From an uncultured Pseudomonadota bacterium (GTDB taxonomy: Bacteria > Pseudomonadota > Gammaproteobacteria > Burkholderiales > Rhodocyclaceae): a DNA stretch of 64,000 bases. The stretch is taken from assembly GCA_903951825.1 (NCBI GenBank), contig CAJBDJ010000003.1, positions 33,073-97,072 on the forward strand. Reading direction: 5' to 3'. Positions 39,934 through 52,588 of this stretch are shown piece by piece; position 1 is the stretch's first letter, and every line of letters starts with the position of its first letter. Made by a program: the position numbers and the translations under genes. The notes under the pieces are model-generated. The model did not search any database, had not been told where the DNA came from, and worked only from the letters and a program-made list of their open reading frames with translations.

Positions 39934-40847
39934 TGACCGTCGGCAACCTCGCCGCCGAGCACGGCAACGAGTTGCGGCAGGAAGCGGGCGAGCTCGCCGC
40001 TCATCAGGGCAAAATCGGCAGCGAATTGCTCGTCGGCGTGTTCGGCGGCTTTTTCGGCCTGCTCTTTCAGCAGATCAAGGAAGGCGAGGCGTTTGACTTC
40101 CAGCTTGTCGCTGAGAATGAAGGAAATCCGCTCGTCCCAGGTCAGCGCCAGTTTGGTAGGCAATTTGCCGGCGGCGAGGTGGGTCTTGATCTGGGCTTCG
40201 ATATCGGCGCCGTCGAGGGCGTGACGGACATAACGCACGGCGGATTTTTCATCGTCAATGGCTTTCAGCTCGCAATCGCGGTCGATGGTGAAACCGGCCG
40301 GGGCATCACCGCCCGCCAGCCAGTCGGCCATCACCGAGACCGGAGAAAGCTGGGTGTGAAGCAGGGTCAACGGCAAATCGTCGAGGCAATCGCGCAGATG
40401 CTCGATGACTTCCTCGGCCTTGCCGGGACTCGCCGCGTCGACACAGAGCCAGCCGCTTTGCGGGTCGATCCAGGCGAAGGTCTGGCGGCGCCGGGTAAAG
40501 GCGCGCGGCATCAACTCTTCGCTGATGCGCTCGCGCATTTCCTTCAACTGCTTGCGCCCCGGTGCGTAAGCTTGTTGTTCGGCGATGGCCGCGGCGCGTT
40601 CCTTGAGCTCGTCATTGATTACCGCCGCCGGCAGCAGGCGTTGTTCGACAGCGAGAGCGATCAGCCATTGACCGCCGAGCGAAAAAACCAGCGTCCCATC
40701 CTTGCCTGGCGACGTCCATCCCCGCGACATCGGTTGGTTGCTCGGACACTTGACGAAGGGGCCGCGCCCGAGGCGTTCTTCAAGGGTGGCGAGCGTGATT
40801 TTCCAGGGACTGGGCAAACGGTAAAGCTGAAGGTTCTTGAACCACAT
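39930..40847 (-). CDS. rdgC: recombination-associated protein RdgC
   Basis: MWFKNLQLYRL is the canonical RdgC N-terminus. I chose ATG 40847 rather than 40859. Confidence 0.9.
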   Translation of the reverse strand: MWFKNLQLYRLPSPWKITLATLEERLGRGPFVKCPSNQPMSRGWTSPGKDGTLVFSLGGQWLIALAVEQRLLPAAVINDELKERAAAIAEQQAYAPGRKQLKEMRERISEELMPRAFTRRRQTFAWIDPQSGWLCVDAASPGKAEEVIEHLRDCLDDLPLTLLHTQLSPVSVMADWLAGGDAPAGFTIDRDCELKAIDDEKSAVRYVRHALDGADIEAQIKTHLAAGKLPTKLALTWDERISFILSDKLEVKRLAFLDLLKEQAEKAAEHADEQFAADFALMSGELARFLPQLVAVLGGEVADGQ

Positions 40848-41004
40848 GGTTTTTCTCAAGCGGGGAAAAGGGTCGGGGGCGAGAGTTTAACCTTGATTCT
40901 TCACCCACTGGCCGACAGCGGGCAAGGAGGCTCCGGCTTGATCGCTGCCGGGAGCGCCGGGCGGCCACATTGCTGCATTGCGTCAGAGCGACTACACTCA
41001 AATC

Positions 41005-41319
41005 ATGCATTCCCGGTTACGCCTCGTTCTCCTGTTGATCATCGTCATTGCCCTGCGTGGTTTCGCCGGCACGGCTTACGCCTTGCCGGCGGCAGCGCCG
41101 GCGATGGCCGACTGTCACCCGGCAACCGGGGCGCCGCACGACCAGCACGGCGGCGATGCCAAAGCCTGTCAGATCAGCTGCGACCTCGCCGCAGCGCCGG
41201 CGCTGCCGGTCTCGGTTGCGCCGCGTGGCGGGCTGCCGGCCTCGCCGCTGACGCCCACCCTGGCGGTTTTATCGCTCAACGACCTGCCGCCGCCGGATCA
41301 TCCGCCGCCGATTCACTGA
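41005..41319 (+). CDS. hypothetical secreted Ala/Pro-rich protein with Cys/His motifs
   Basis: MHSRLRLVLLLIIVIALRGFAG signal-like N-terminus, then DCH...HDQH...CQISC. No confident family assignment. Confidence 0.4.
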   Translation: MHSRLRLVLLLIIVIALRGFAGTAYALPAAAPAMADCHPATGAPHDQHGGDAKACQISCDLAAAPALPVSVAPRGGLPASPLTPTLAVLSLNDLPPPDHPPPIH

Positions 41320-41390
41320 CGTCCCCTTGGCCTGATTTTTCTGCGAGAACGATGGTTTTCGCAGCGTTTCTATTGCTTTGGAGAATCATC

Positions 41391-41897
41391 ATGTCGATGA
41401 CGCATTACATGGAACTTCTCGCGGCCAACCAGCCGTGGAACTTGATTTTATTTATGGCGATTCCGGTCGTTCTCGCCGAAACCGTTGCCATCACCGAGCT
41501 GTACATCCTCTTCTCGCGCCAGTTCCACGGCTCGGTACGCAACATCAATCGCGCTGCCAGCATTGTTGGCGGCCTCTACTTTGTCGGTGTTTTTGTCTAT
41601 CTGATGTTTACCGCCGTTATTCCGCTGACCGCCGGCGGCCAATGGCGTGGCGCCGCCGATGTGATTGCCGTCGGTGCCTATCTGCTCGGTGTGGTGCCGT
41701 TGCTGAGCCTGGCACTGCTTGATCTCGGCGTCCTCGGGCGCGGCCTGAATGAGCTGCAAAAACTCAAGCAGCACGCCATTTGGGTGGCGGTGTTTCTTGT
41801 CGTTGCGCACATCGCGATGATTTTCGGGATGCTCGATCCAACGCTCATGCAGTCAGCACCGCTTGCCATGCCGGAGCATGGCGGTATGCACCACTGA
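41391..41897 (+). CDS. hypothetical polytopic membrane protein
   Basis: GGAGAA lies 5 nt before ATG 41391. The product is 168 aa with 4-5 TM segments. It is the only credible part of the 713 aa track ORF 39756..41897. Confidence 0.6.
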   Translation: MSMTHYMELLAANQPWNLILFMAIPVVLAETVAITELYILFSRQFHGSVRNINRAASIVGGLYFVGVFVYLMFTAVIPLTAGGQWRGAADVIAVGAYLLGVVPLLSLALLDLGVLGRGLNELQKLKQHAIWVAVFLVVAHIAMIFGMLDPTLMQSAPLAMPEHGGMHH

Positions 41898-41905
41898 GGC
41901 ACCCG

Positions 41906-41958
41906 CCGCCCTTGGCACCGGCGGGCAAACGCTCGCCGGTGCCAAGGGCGGTGGTTTT
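41906..41958 (+). terminator. rho-independent terminator
   Basis: A perfect 18-bp stem, CCGCCCTTGGCACCGGCG (41906-41923) with CGCCGGTGCCAAGGGCGG (41934-41951), followed by TGGTTTTC. Confidence 0.7.
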
Positions 41959-42086
41959 CAATACGAGGTCGCCGCTTTTGCCACCTTCAACGTAGCCTGG
42001 CTTCCCCGAGTTCGATAGTTACACACACAACTAACTGTTTCCATTCTGTCGGGTTTTCAATAACTCCCCTACAGCAGCGCAAGTTG

Positions 42087-42245
42087 CTATGGCGTTGCTG
42101 ATTTTTCTAGCTCGAGAGCATTGATGGGCTTGCCTTTGCCCCTGATCGAAGCACCACCGAACTCGTTCTTGAGTTGGGCATTCACCCGATCAGCTAGCCT
42201 GCGCTCGCTGTGGCGGATCGTATCGGCGAGCTCGGATTTTTTATG
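42087..42245 (-). pseudogene. C-terminal fragment of a DDE transposase (IS4/IS5-like)
   Basis: My reverse translation is ...ELADTIRHSERRLADRVNAQLKNEFGGASIRGKGKPINALELEKSATP*. The ERxN-x2-LK-x-EFGG pattern recalls IS4/IS5-type C-termini. Only about 50 codons remain. Confidence 0.35.
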
Positions 42246-42341
42246 TCACTACGCGGGTTACGCTTAATCAGCGGGGCATGGTTCAGGCTACGTCAATGCA
42301 AGAGACTCAGAATTTACAGAATAGATGTTGTGCCAACCCAA

Positions 42342-42371
42342 TTGACATGAGTGGTTAATCGGGTTGATAAT
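42342..42371 (+). promoter_or_regulatory. candidate sigma70 promoter for the lipoprotein/DUF4105 pair
   Basis: TTGACA (42342-42347), an 18-nt spacer, then GATAAT (42366-42371), about 135 nt upstream of ATG 42508 in AT-rich DNA. Confidence 0.3.
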
Positions 42372-42507
42372 CAGAGAGCTGAACGTGAATTTTTTCGGCA
42401 TAACTGATTTTGCATCGATTTCTGTTCAAGCCGGGAATCAAATATTTAAAATCGGTTTTTTTATCAATTATATGTGGCTTAGATTTTAATTTAATAATGG
42501 GGAAAAA

Positions 42508-42861
42508 ATGAAAAAACTGCTTGTAGCAAGTGTTTCGGTTTTGGTTATGTCTGGCTGTGCTTCAATTATGAACGACCAAACTCAGCAGATTAACGTATCT
42601 ACATCAAATGGTACGACAGTGAAAGGCACGGTTAATGGCCAGCCATTCACTGCGCCCGGTATAGTCACTTTAAGGCGTGAAAATAAGAACAAGTTGTTCT
42701 ACGTGGATTCACCCAACTGTGCCAAAGAAACAATTGCAGAGAAGAATGTAGATCCAAAATTCTTCATCAACATATTGTCTGGTGGTATCTTTGGCTCAAC
42801 AACTGATTACTCAAGCGAAAAAATGTGGCAGTACGAAAGCGTCACAATCAACTGCAAATAA
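42508..42861 (+). CDS. small lipoprotein of unknown function
   Basis: MKKLLVASVSVLVMSGCAS is a lipobox. GGGGAAAAA precedes the ATG. The C-terminal ILSGGIFGSTTDYSSEKMWQY motif is seen in small PEGA-like lipoproteins. Confidence 0.75.
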   Translation: MKKLLVASVSVLVMSGCASIMNDQTQQINVSTSNGTTVKGTVNGQPFTAPGIVTLRRENKNKLFYVDSPNCAKETIAEKNVDPKFFINILSGGIFGSTTDYSSEKMWQYESVTINCK

Positions 42862-44694
42862 ATGTCAATCGATTTTTCTAAAAGCGGCCTGTTGGCCGCT
42901 TTTTTATTGATTACTGGACTCCTTGCGCCTCATTTTGTTCACGCTCAAATTAGTCATTACCTGGATCAAGCAAAATCGCTGCAGCTCCATACCAACCCTG
43001 TTTGGCTAGCACTCATTCACTCCGATGGAAAGACACCAAGCGTCCGAGATCGAACTTTTTTGTTAAGTGCGAACAACTTCTCACCCGAAGCCGAGGTTGC
43101 CGCAACCATCACAGAATTACTCACCCACGATTCAGCGGTGTGTAGGTTTCCTGCGCGTTACGAATGGCTAAAAAAATCATTACAACTTCCTCAATTGGAA
43201 TTAGACGCCTGCCCTGAAGTTTCAGAGTTTCTTGAGAATGCACCTACCGAAAAGATTTCATTGGTTTTTGCCAGTGAGAGCCTGTCACAACCCGCCAGCA
43301 TGATGGGCCATTCATTTCTTAAACTAAGCGGGAGTACTCGCTCAGGCGAATGGCGTGAACATGCTATTTCGTTTTTCACGGAGGCCAATACATACAACCT
43401 GCCAAAGCTTTTTATTGAGAGTCTCGTAACAGGGAAGAAGGGATTTTTTGCCTTATCACCATACAAACAAGAAATCGCGCATTACGTCGGTTTGGAACAG
43501 CGTAGCCTATGGGAATTTGATTTGAATCTTTCAGAGCAGCAAATTCGCTTACTCCAACTCCATCTATTGGAACTCAAGCACTCAGATTTGACTTATTTTT
43601 TCCATCAATACAACTGCGCAACCGTCTTGCGCTATATCACCGCATTGTCAGGAAATATTGAGCCTAACACTGAGTTATGGGTGACACCAAAAGATGTCAT
43701 AAAAGCAGCTTCCCAAGCCAATCTTATTTCTGACAAACGGTTGATTACACCAAGTCGCTGGATGATCCGCGCACTGGCCGAACATATCGACGAAACAACC
43801 AAAAATAAAATCGTCACATATGTGCATACAGGCCAAGCCGATCATATTATTAAACAAACAGGCGAACAAGCCTTTCTCGAGTTTCAATATGCTAGCGCAT
43901 ATAACGAATATGCCTTTTCAAAGGGGGAGCTAAGCAGCGAATCTCACCTAAAAAACAGCGTGGCACTTCGCTCTCATCTTCTCGATTTTGATGATTACTC
44001 TCTCCAAGAGGCAGATTCTCTTAATCCCGTGCTCACCCCAAACGACTCACAAGTATCGCTTTCCTGGCAGGCTACCGGCCACTCTAAAGGCTTGCGATTA
44101 AATTTTTTGCCAATATCTCACCAACTCAGTGACGATAATCGGAATTACCCAGCAGAAACTCAACTCGTACTGATGTCGCCAACAATTAAGGCCTTACCAG
44201 AAAAACACAGCGTCCAACTTGAAAGCTTCACCGTGTATGACATGCAGTCACTTATTCCTTACGATCCCATTGCAGGGGGAGTTTCAGGTAAGTTTTCTGT
44301 GATATTTGGACCAGTTCTTGATGCTTCACTTGTAGAACATAGGGGATTTAAAACGTCAGGAGCCATCGGTAGGACGTTGCGTATTCACCGTGACATCGAT
44401 ATCTACGGGCTTGGCGGTGCTGGCATCCAACTTCTAGCAGGTGAATGGCAGCCTTTGGGTAGCATTGAGATCGGAGTAATTTTGCGTGGTATTTGGGACA
44501 CGAAGTCAGTATTGGCTCATCAAACAGTCAAGAACTTCAGTTCGGACTTATCACCCCGCTCCCTAACGGAATGGGGTTTCAAACAAGTAAAGTTTTTTGG
44601 GCGAGAGTATTCTGCCAGTGTTGGCTTGCGCTTTCGGCAGAACCAGACTCACGACGATCTTGCCTTCGAAATTGGAGTCAAAAAAATCTTTTAG
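42862..44694 (+). CDS. DUF4105 (Lnb-like periplasmic domain) protein with OMP-like C-terminus
   Basis: 610 aa with a signal peptide. Motifs: NPVWLALIHS...FLLS...CRFPARYEWL and MMGHSFLKL...YNCATV. The C-terminus ...LAFEIGVKKIF ends in Phe. The ATG immediately follows the lipoprotein gene's TAA. Confidence 0.75.
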   Translation: MSIDFSKSGLLAAFLLITGLLAPHFVHAQISHYLDQAKSLQLHTNPVWLALIHSDGKTPSVRDRTFLLSANNFSPEAEVAATITELLTHDSAVCRFPARYEWLKKSLQLPQLELDACPEVSEFLENAPTEKISLVFASESLSQPASMMGHSFLKLSGSTRSGEWREHAISFFTEANTYNLPKLFIESLVTGKKGFFALSPYKQEIAHYVGLEQRSLWEFDLNLSEQQIRLLQLHLLELKHSDLTYFFHQYNCATVLRYITALSGNIEPNTELWVTPKDVIKAASQANLISDKRLITPSRWMIRALAEHIDETTKNKIVTYVHTGQADHIIKQTGEQAFLEFQYASAYNEYAFSKGELSSESHLKNSVALRSHLLDFDDYSLQEADSLNPVLTPNDSQVSLSWQATGHSKGLRLNFLPISHQLSDDNRNYPAETQLVLMSPTIKALPEKHSVQLESFTVYDMQSLIPYDPIAGGVSGKFSVIFGPVLDASLVEHRGFKTSGAIGRTLRIHRDIDIYGLGGAGIQLLAGEWQPLGSIEIGVILRGIWDTKSVLAHQTVKNFSSDLSPRSLTEWGFKQVKFFGREYSASVGLRFRQNQTHDDLAFEIGVKKIF

Positions 44695-44773
44695 ATCCCA
44701 ATTGAATACAAATTCCGACGGAAAGCTGGTTCAACACCTTCAAGAGTGAAGGGGGAATTACCGAGCGATGTGC

Positions 44774-45103
44774 TCAGTCCACGATAAACAGCTTCGCGCC
44801 GACGGGTGTCGAAGAGCGGTGGGCTTCAGCGTTGTCGGCGACTTGGTAGCTCATGCCCGGCTTCAAGACAAAGTGCCTTCCGTCCTGCAGTTCTGTGTGG
44901 AGTTCGCCTTCCAAACAAAGCAGGATGTGCCCCTTGGAACACCAATGATCGGCAAGATAGCCGGGGGCATACTCAACCATGCGAACCCGGATTGAGCCGA
45001 ACTGGCAAGTACGCCAACAAGCGCTTCCCTGCTCACCCTGATGCTCGACTACCGGGACGTTCGACCAGTCCGTGGTGGCGAAGGGGATTGCGTCAATGTT
45101 CAT
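44774..45103 (-). CDS. cupin-fold protein (DHCW-motif type)
   Basis: MNIDAIPFATTDW...YLADHWCSKGHILLCLEGEL... The start is at ATG 45103 or 45121. The longer track ORF overlaps trmB. Confidence 0.7.
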   Translation of the reverse strand: MNIDAIPFATTDWSNVPVVEHQGEQGSACWRTCQFGSIRVRMVEYAPGYLADHWCSKGHILLCLEGELHTELQDGRHFVLKPGMSYQVADNAEAHRSSTPVGAKLFIVD

Positions 45104-45186
45104 CAGAGGAACCCTTTCCATGAATGACGCGAGCCAGCAGTTCTGGCTCGCTGCTGCTGTCCAAAATGACTTTTGAGTCTGCGTTG

Positions 45187-45921
45187 TCAGCGCCGGATGA
45201 AAACGAGATCCCAAACGCCGTGTCCGAGCCGCAATCCGCGATTCTCAAATTTGGTCAGCGGGCGGTAGGCGGGGCGCGGGGCAAAGCCGTTTGCGGAATC
45301 GGTCGCGGCGACCGAATTGAGCAGCGCGCTTTCGTCGGAGAGCACCGCCAGCATTTGCTGCGCGTAGTCTTCCCAGTCGGTGGCGCAGTGAATGTAGCCG
45401 CCGGGTTTGAGGCGGCTCGCCAGCAGGCTGACGAAGGGCGCCTGGATCAGGCGGCGCTTGTTGTGGCGCGCCTTGTGCCAGGGATCGGGAAAAAAGACAT
45501 GGACGCCGGCCAGCGAGTTTTCCGGCAGCATGTCGCGGACTACAGCCACGGCATCGTGCGCACAAATACGCAGGTTGCTTAACTGGCGTTCGGCGATTTG
45601 CTTGCACAGCGCGCCTATCCCCGGCACGTGGACTTCGACGCCGAGGTAGTCGATGTCGCCATGGGCGGCGGCGATATGTGCCGTGGTTTCGCCCATGCCG
45701 GTGCCGATTTCGAGAATTTTCGGGGCATTTCGACCAAAGACCGCAGCCAGATCAAGCGGCTGCGGGGCGTAGGGGATGCCGATTTTCGGCATCATCTCGG
45801 CGTAGTATTTTTCTTGTGCAGGCGACAGGCGACCGGCGCGACGCACAAAACTCCTGATGTGTCCGTGCCTGCCGGCCGGATCGTCGGCAACGCCGGTTTG
45901 CGGGGAGGGCTTGTCGCTCAC
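45187..45921 (-). CDS. trmB: tRNA (guanine46-N7)-methyltransferase
   Basis: [15 protein letters not shown]..., [10 protein letters not shown] and [18 protein letters not shown] 45921 makes a GTGA overlap with the thiG stop. The rest of the 355 aa track ORF is out-of-frame overlap with thiG. Confidence 0.9.
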   Translation of the reverse strand: MSDKPSPQTGVADDPAGRHGHIRSFVRRAGRLSPAQEKYYAEMMPKIGIPYAPQPLDLAAVFGRNAPKILEIGTGMGETTAHIAAAHGDIDYLGVEVHVPGIGALCKQIAERQLSNLRICAHDAVAVVRDMLPENSLAGVHVFFPDPWHKARHNKRRLIQAPFVSLLASRLKPGGYIHCATDWEDYAQQMLAVLSDESALLNSVAATDSANGFAPRPAYRPLTKFENRGLRLGHGVWDLVFIRR

Positions 45922-46700
45922 GCGCCGATCAATCCGGAAGTCGGCGATGAAGGGTCTGCCGAATAAAATTTGCGCGGCATACGGCCGGCCAGGTAAGCTG
46001 CCCGCCCGGCTTCGACGCCCAGCTTCATCGCGCTGGCCATCAGCAGCGGATTGTTGGCGTGGGCAATCGCCGTATTCATCAAGACGCCGTCGCAGCCGAG
46101 TTCCATCGCAATCGCCGCATCCGAGGCGGTGCCGACGCCGGCGTCGACAATCACCGGCACCTTCGCGTTGTCGATAATCAGGCGCAGATTCCACGGATTG
46201 AGAATCCCCATCCCGGAGCCGATCAACGAAGCCAGCGGCATGACGGCGACGCAACCGATTTCTTCCAGCATCCGAGCCTGGATCGGGTCATCCGAACAAT
46301 AAACCATGACGTGAAAGCCCTCTTTGACGAGGGTTGCGGCAGCCTTGAGGGTTTCCGGCATGTTCGGGAAGAGGCTGTGCGGATCGCCGAGAACCTCCAG
46401 CTTGCACAATGGGTGGCCGTCGAGCAGCTCACGCGCCAGGCGCAGCGTGCGCACCGCATCATCGGCGTTGTAGCAGCCGGCGGTGTTGGGCAGGATGGTG
46501 AATTGCGAGGGCGGCAGGACGTCGAGCAGATTCGGCTGGCTGGCATCCTGGCCGATGTTCATGCGGCGAATCGCCACCGTGACGATGGCCGCGCCGGAGG
46601 CGTCGATGGCGGCACGCGTGGCGGAAAAATCCTGGTATTTGCCGGTGCCGACCAGCAAACGTGAGGGATAGGAGGTGCCGGCAATGGTCAGTTGATTCAT
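45918..46700 (-). CDS. thiG: thiazole synthase
   Basis: 260 aa. ...LLVGTGKY...ILPNTAGC...[11 protein letters not shown]... is canonical ThiG. Confidence 0.95.
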   Translation of the reverse strand: MNQLTIAGTSYPSRLLVGTGKYQDFSATRAAIDASGAAIVTVAIRRMNIGQDASQPNLLDVLPPSQFTILPNTAGCYNADDAVRTLRLARELLDGHPLCKLEVLGDPHSLFPNMPETLKAAATLVKEGFHVMVYCSDDPIQARMLEEIGCVAVMPLASLIGSGMGILNPWNLRLIIDNAKVPVIVDAGVGTASDAAIAMELGCDGVLMNTAIAHANNPLLMASAMKLGVEAGRAAYLAGRMPRKFYSADPSSPTSGLIGA

Positions 46701-46714
46701 GGGCTTCTTTCGGT

Positions 46715-46915
46715 TTAGCCGCCACCAACGGCGACAACGATTTCCAGCCGATCCCCGCTGCTGAGCGGCGTGGACGCGTGCTGGCTTTTCGGGACGATTT
46801 CGCCATTGCGTTCAATGGCGATGCGCTTGCCGCGGTAGCCGAGCGCCTCGATGAGTGCGGCAACGGTGAGCGGATCGGGAAATTGGCGCGGCTGGCCATT
46901 AATGGTGATTTGCAT
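46715..46915 (-). CDS. thiS: sulfur carrier protein ThiS
   Basis: 66 aa ending in ...VVAVGGG, directly upstream of thiG. Confidence 0.85.
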   Translation of the reverse strand: MQITINGQPRQFPDPLTVAALIEALGYRGKRIAIERNGEIVPKSQHASTPLSSGDRLEIVVAVGGG

Positions 46916-47177
46916 GGTGCGGCAATTTTACCGAGACTGTCAGAAATTTTGTGTGTGAGGCGTAACTTGCACCAGGTCGAGGTCACAAACTCATCAATAA
47001 GAACCCACTCGATCGTGTCAATGACACGCTCAAGTTTGGGTGTCAAAGCGCCGGCATCGTTGCGCAAGTGAGTACGGCTGGTGTGGCTCAAATGGCTACG
47101 ACAATAGACGAAAGTGCTGCAACGCAGCTTCGGTCGCCGGCAGACGCTACTGTAGTCAGATCCCGAGCTTTGCGTTA

Positions 47178-47210
47178 ATAAAAAAGCCAAGTTAATTCAA
47201 TAACCTGGCT
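47178..47210 (-). terminator. candidate rho-independent terminator of ssb
   Basis: The minus strand reads AGCCAGG-ttattgaattaa-CTTGGCT (one mismatch) followed by TTTTTTATT, about 35 nt after the ssb stop. Confidence 0.5.
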
Positions 47211-47242
47211 TCCTTTCTTTACAAGAAACAATCTATTCCGTT

Positions 47243-47710
47243 CTAGAACGGGATGTCGTCACCCAGGTCGTCGAATGAGGGCTTGGGCTTGTTTTTTGCC
47301 GGGGAGGGTGCGTAGTCGGTGGCTTCGTTTTCGTAGCCGCCGGCATTCCCTGACGATGCGGGAGCGCCCATGCCTTGACGCGAGCCGAGCATTTTCATTT
47401 CGTCGCCGCGGATTTCGGTGGTGTACTTTTCCTGACCATCCTTGTCAGTCCATTTGCGCGTGCGCAGGCTGCCTTCGATGTACACCTGCGAGCCTTTTTT
47501 CAGATACTGGCCGCAAATTTCAGCCAGTTTGCCGAAGAAGGTGATGCGCACCCATTCGGTTTGCTCCTTTTTCTCGCCGGTCGCCTTGTCTTTCCAGCTT
47601 TCGGTACAGGCAATGCTGAAATTGCAAATCGCATCGCCGCTGGCGGTGTAGCGCATTTCGGGGTCTCTGCCCAGGTTGCCGATTCCTATCCATTTGTTTA
47701 CTGATGCCAT
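47243..47710 (-). CDS. ssb: single-stranded DNA-binding protein
   Basis: [22 protein letters not shown]... is an OB fold, followed by a Gly-rich linker and the acidic tip DDIPF. Confidence 0.95.
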   Translation of the reverse strand: MASVNKWIGIGNLGRDPEMRYTASGDAICNFSIACTESWKDKATGEKKEQTEWVRITFFGKLAEICGQYLKKGSQVYIEGSLRTRKWTDKDGQEKYTTEIRGDEMKMLGSRQGMGAPASSGNAGGYENEATDYAPSPAKNKPKPSFDDLGDDIPF

Positions 47711-47724
47711 AGCCCGATTCTCCC

Positions 47725-48933
47725 CTAAGCAGTTTGTGTCGCAGCCGGCGTCGGGCGCCGCTGCGGAAATTTCATTGCGTTTGCAACGACCAGCCAGGCC
47801 AGCATCAATCCGGTGCTGGCGGCAAAGACGGCATTATCGCCGAAATTTTGCGCTAGATATCCGCCGACCGTTCCGCCGACGAAGAGACCCATGGCCTGCG
47901 TCGTGTTGTAGACGCCGAGCGCGGCACCCTTGGCTGCGGCCGGCGCAGTACGCGAAACCAGTGAGGGCAGGGTTGCTTCGAGCACGTTGAAGGCGACAAA
48001 AAACAGCAACAACCAGAGCGCCAGCGTCCACAGGTTCTCGTGCAGGAAAAACAGGCCGCTCTGGACAATCACCAGCAAGCCAATGGCTGACAAAAAAATC
48101 GGCCGCATTTTGTCCTTGCGCTCGGCAGCGATGATGGCCGGAACCATGATCGCGAATGACGCCAGCACCGCCGGCAAATAGACCTTCCAGTGCGCCGCCG
48201 CCGGCAGCCCGCCAAAATCGACCAGGGCATGGGGCAGCACCACAAACATCGCCATTTGTACGGCGTGAAGAATAAAAATCCCGACGTTCAGGCGGAATAA
48301 GTCGGCATCGAGAAGCACTCGGCGCAGCGGCAATTTTTCATGCCCGGCGGGCGGCGGCGCCGGTGGCACAGCCTTGAGCAGCAGCACAATCGCCAGCAGC
48401 GCCAGCGCGCCCGTCATGGTAAACAGCCCGCCCATGCCGATCCAGCCGTAGAGCAAGGGGGCGCCGACCAGCGAGAGGGCAAAAACGAGACCGATCGACG
48501 AGCCGATCATCGCCATCACCTTGGTGCGCTGCGCTTCCCGCGTCAGGTCGGCGGCCAGCGCCGTCACCGCCGCCGAGATGGCGCCGGCTCCCTGCAGTAC
48601 GCGGCCGATGACGATCCACGTCATGTCGGGCGCCCAGGCGGCGACGAAGCTGCCCAGCGCATAAACAAGAAGGCCGATGACGATGACTCGCTTGCGACCG
48701 AAAATATCGGAAGCAATGCCGAAGGGGATCTGAAAAACCGCCTGCGTCAGCCCGTAGGCACCCAGCGCAAAGCCCACCAGCGCCAGATTGTCGCCGCCGG
48801 GCAGGGTTTCGGCATAAACCGAAAAGACCGGCAAAATGAGGAACAGACCGAGCATACGCAAGGCGAAAATCGCGGCAAGCGACATGCCTGCACGACGTTC
48901 CTCGGGGCTCATGCGATCAGAGGGGATGGACAT
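47725..48933 (-). CDS. MFS transporter
   Basis: 402 aa with 12 TM segments. It lies between ssb and the divergent uvrA. Confidence 0.85.
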   Translation of the reverse strand: MSIPSDRMSPEERRAGMSLAAIFALRMLGLFLILPVFSVYAETLPGGDNLALVGFALGAYGLTQAVFQIPFGIASDIFGRKRVIVIGLLVYALGSFVAAWAPDMTWIVIGRVLQGAGAISAAVTALAADLTREAQRTKVMAMIGSSIGLVFALSLVGAPLLYGWIGMGGLFTMTGALALLAIVLLLKAVPPAPPPAGHEKLPLRRVLLDADLFRLNVGIFILHAVQMAMFVVLPHALVDFGGLPAAAHWKVYLPAVLASFAIMVPAIIAAERKDKMRPIFLSAIGLLVIVQSGLFFLHENLWTLALWLLLFFVAFNVLEATLPSLVSRTAPAAAKGAALGVYNTTQAMGLFVGGTVGGYLAQNFGDNAVFAASTGLMLAWLVVANAMKFPQRRPTPAATQTA

Positions 48934-49134
48934 TGTCTTGGTTATTGTTGCGACGCGGCGGGGGTTGAATAGTAGCAGGTTTGGCGATTCGCTCAGCGCC
49001 CCCGGAGGCTGCCGGCGGTCAGTCGCCCGGATGCCCTGAAAGCTCCGTCAACCGCTCATGGCGGCGCCCATCATCGCTTTGATGGCGCCTTTTGCGTATA
49101 GTTTGCCTCTCCCCAAAAACACAGAAAAGCAGCG

Positions 49135-51996
<2,862 letters not shown>

Positions 51997-52060
51997 AACA
52001 AGAACCTCACCACGCAGCGGGCGACGAGTTCAAAAAGTGCTTCGAGCACGGCTTTGAAAG

Positions 52061-52130
52061 GCCGAACGTGGAAGTCACCGGCGCTGCGCGGTTTTATCGC
52101 GCAGCGTCTGTGTTGACTGCCGGGTTAGCG
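52061..52130 (-). repeat. attC-like site a
   Basis: The + strand reads GCCGAAC...GCTGCGCG-gttttat-CGCGCAGC...GTTAGCG. The arms are an imperfect palindrome. Confidence 0.5.
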
Positions 52131-52515
52131 TCCCTTGGAGCGAAGTGTTTGCGAACGTGAAGTGGCGGGCGGGCCAAACAAAAACAGCGAACAAGGCCGC
52201 TTGAAACACGAGAAAAAACAGGAAGGGCAAATAAGCAACAGAAGCGAATGCGGTAATAGCGAAAGACACGGCGAGCAATATCCCGGCTAGCGCGCGAAAG
52301 GTAGGTTTTCTTGCGCCAGAGACAAGAGCAGGCAGGCCAACAAGAAGATTTCCTGCACCCATTGGGATGGTGTACCAGAGCGGCTTAAGAAATGCTGAAA
52401 TTGGTTGATTGTCTAGGTCACCGACAGACGCGGCGAAAGCAAAAATGAAAAGAGGCACCGATCCAATCAGAGCCAAGCCGGCCAAAAATGAGGCAATGCG
52501 CAACGTGATAATCAT
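52075..52515 (-). CDS. cassette ORF: 4-TM membrane protein of unknown function
   Basis: 146 aa, hydrophobic. The ATG lies 4 nt after the core of attC-like site b. The C-terminal about 18 codons read through attC-like site a. Confidence 0.55.
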   Translation of the reverse strand: MIITLRIASFLAGLALIGSVPLFIFAFAASVGDLDNQPISAFLKPLWYTIPMGAGNLLVGLPALVSGARKPTFRALAGILLAVSFAITAFASVAYLPFLFFLVFQAALFAVFVWPARHFTFANTSLQGTLTRQSTQTLRDKTAQRR

Positions 52516-52518
52516 GTT

Positions 52519-52582
52519 CGCTAACTAAAGTGAGCGGCCTGCGCGGCTTTCCGCGCAGGCTCGTTCGACTGCCGGGTTGGGC
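52519..52582 (-). repeat. attC-like site b
   Basis: The + strand reads CGCTAAC...CCTGCGCGG-cttt-CCGCGCAGG...GTTGGGC. On the cassette strand R'' is GCCCAAC (RYYYAAC) and R' is GTTAGCG. Confidence 0.55.
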
Positions 52583-52588
52583 GTCAGA

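Noticed and set aside
39756-41390. First about 545 codons of the 713 aa ORF 39756..41897
   Set aside because: This stretch reads antisense through ychJ and rdgC and through another frame of the 41005 ORF. Only the last 168 aa, which have an RBS and TM helices, look real.
41990-42030. tRNA-like fragment (GAGTTCGATAG) as an island integration site
   Set aside because: It does not match the GGTTCGAATCC T-loop consensus, and no acceptor stem or CCA context can be built.
46916-47242. Expected TPP riboswitch upstream of thiS-thiG
   Set aside because: I looked on the minus strand for the conserved CUGAGA and ACCUGAUCUGGAUAAUGCCAGCG-type elements. I found only weak resemblances (ACCTCGACCTGG), which are not supportable without a covariance-model scan.
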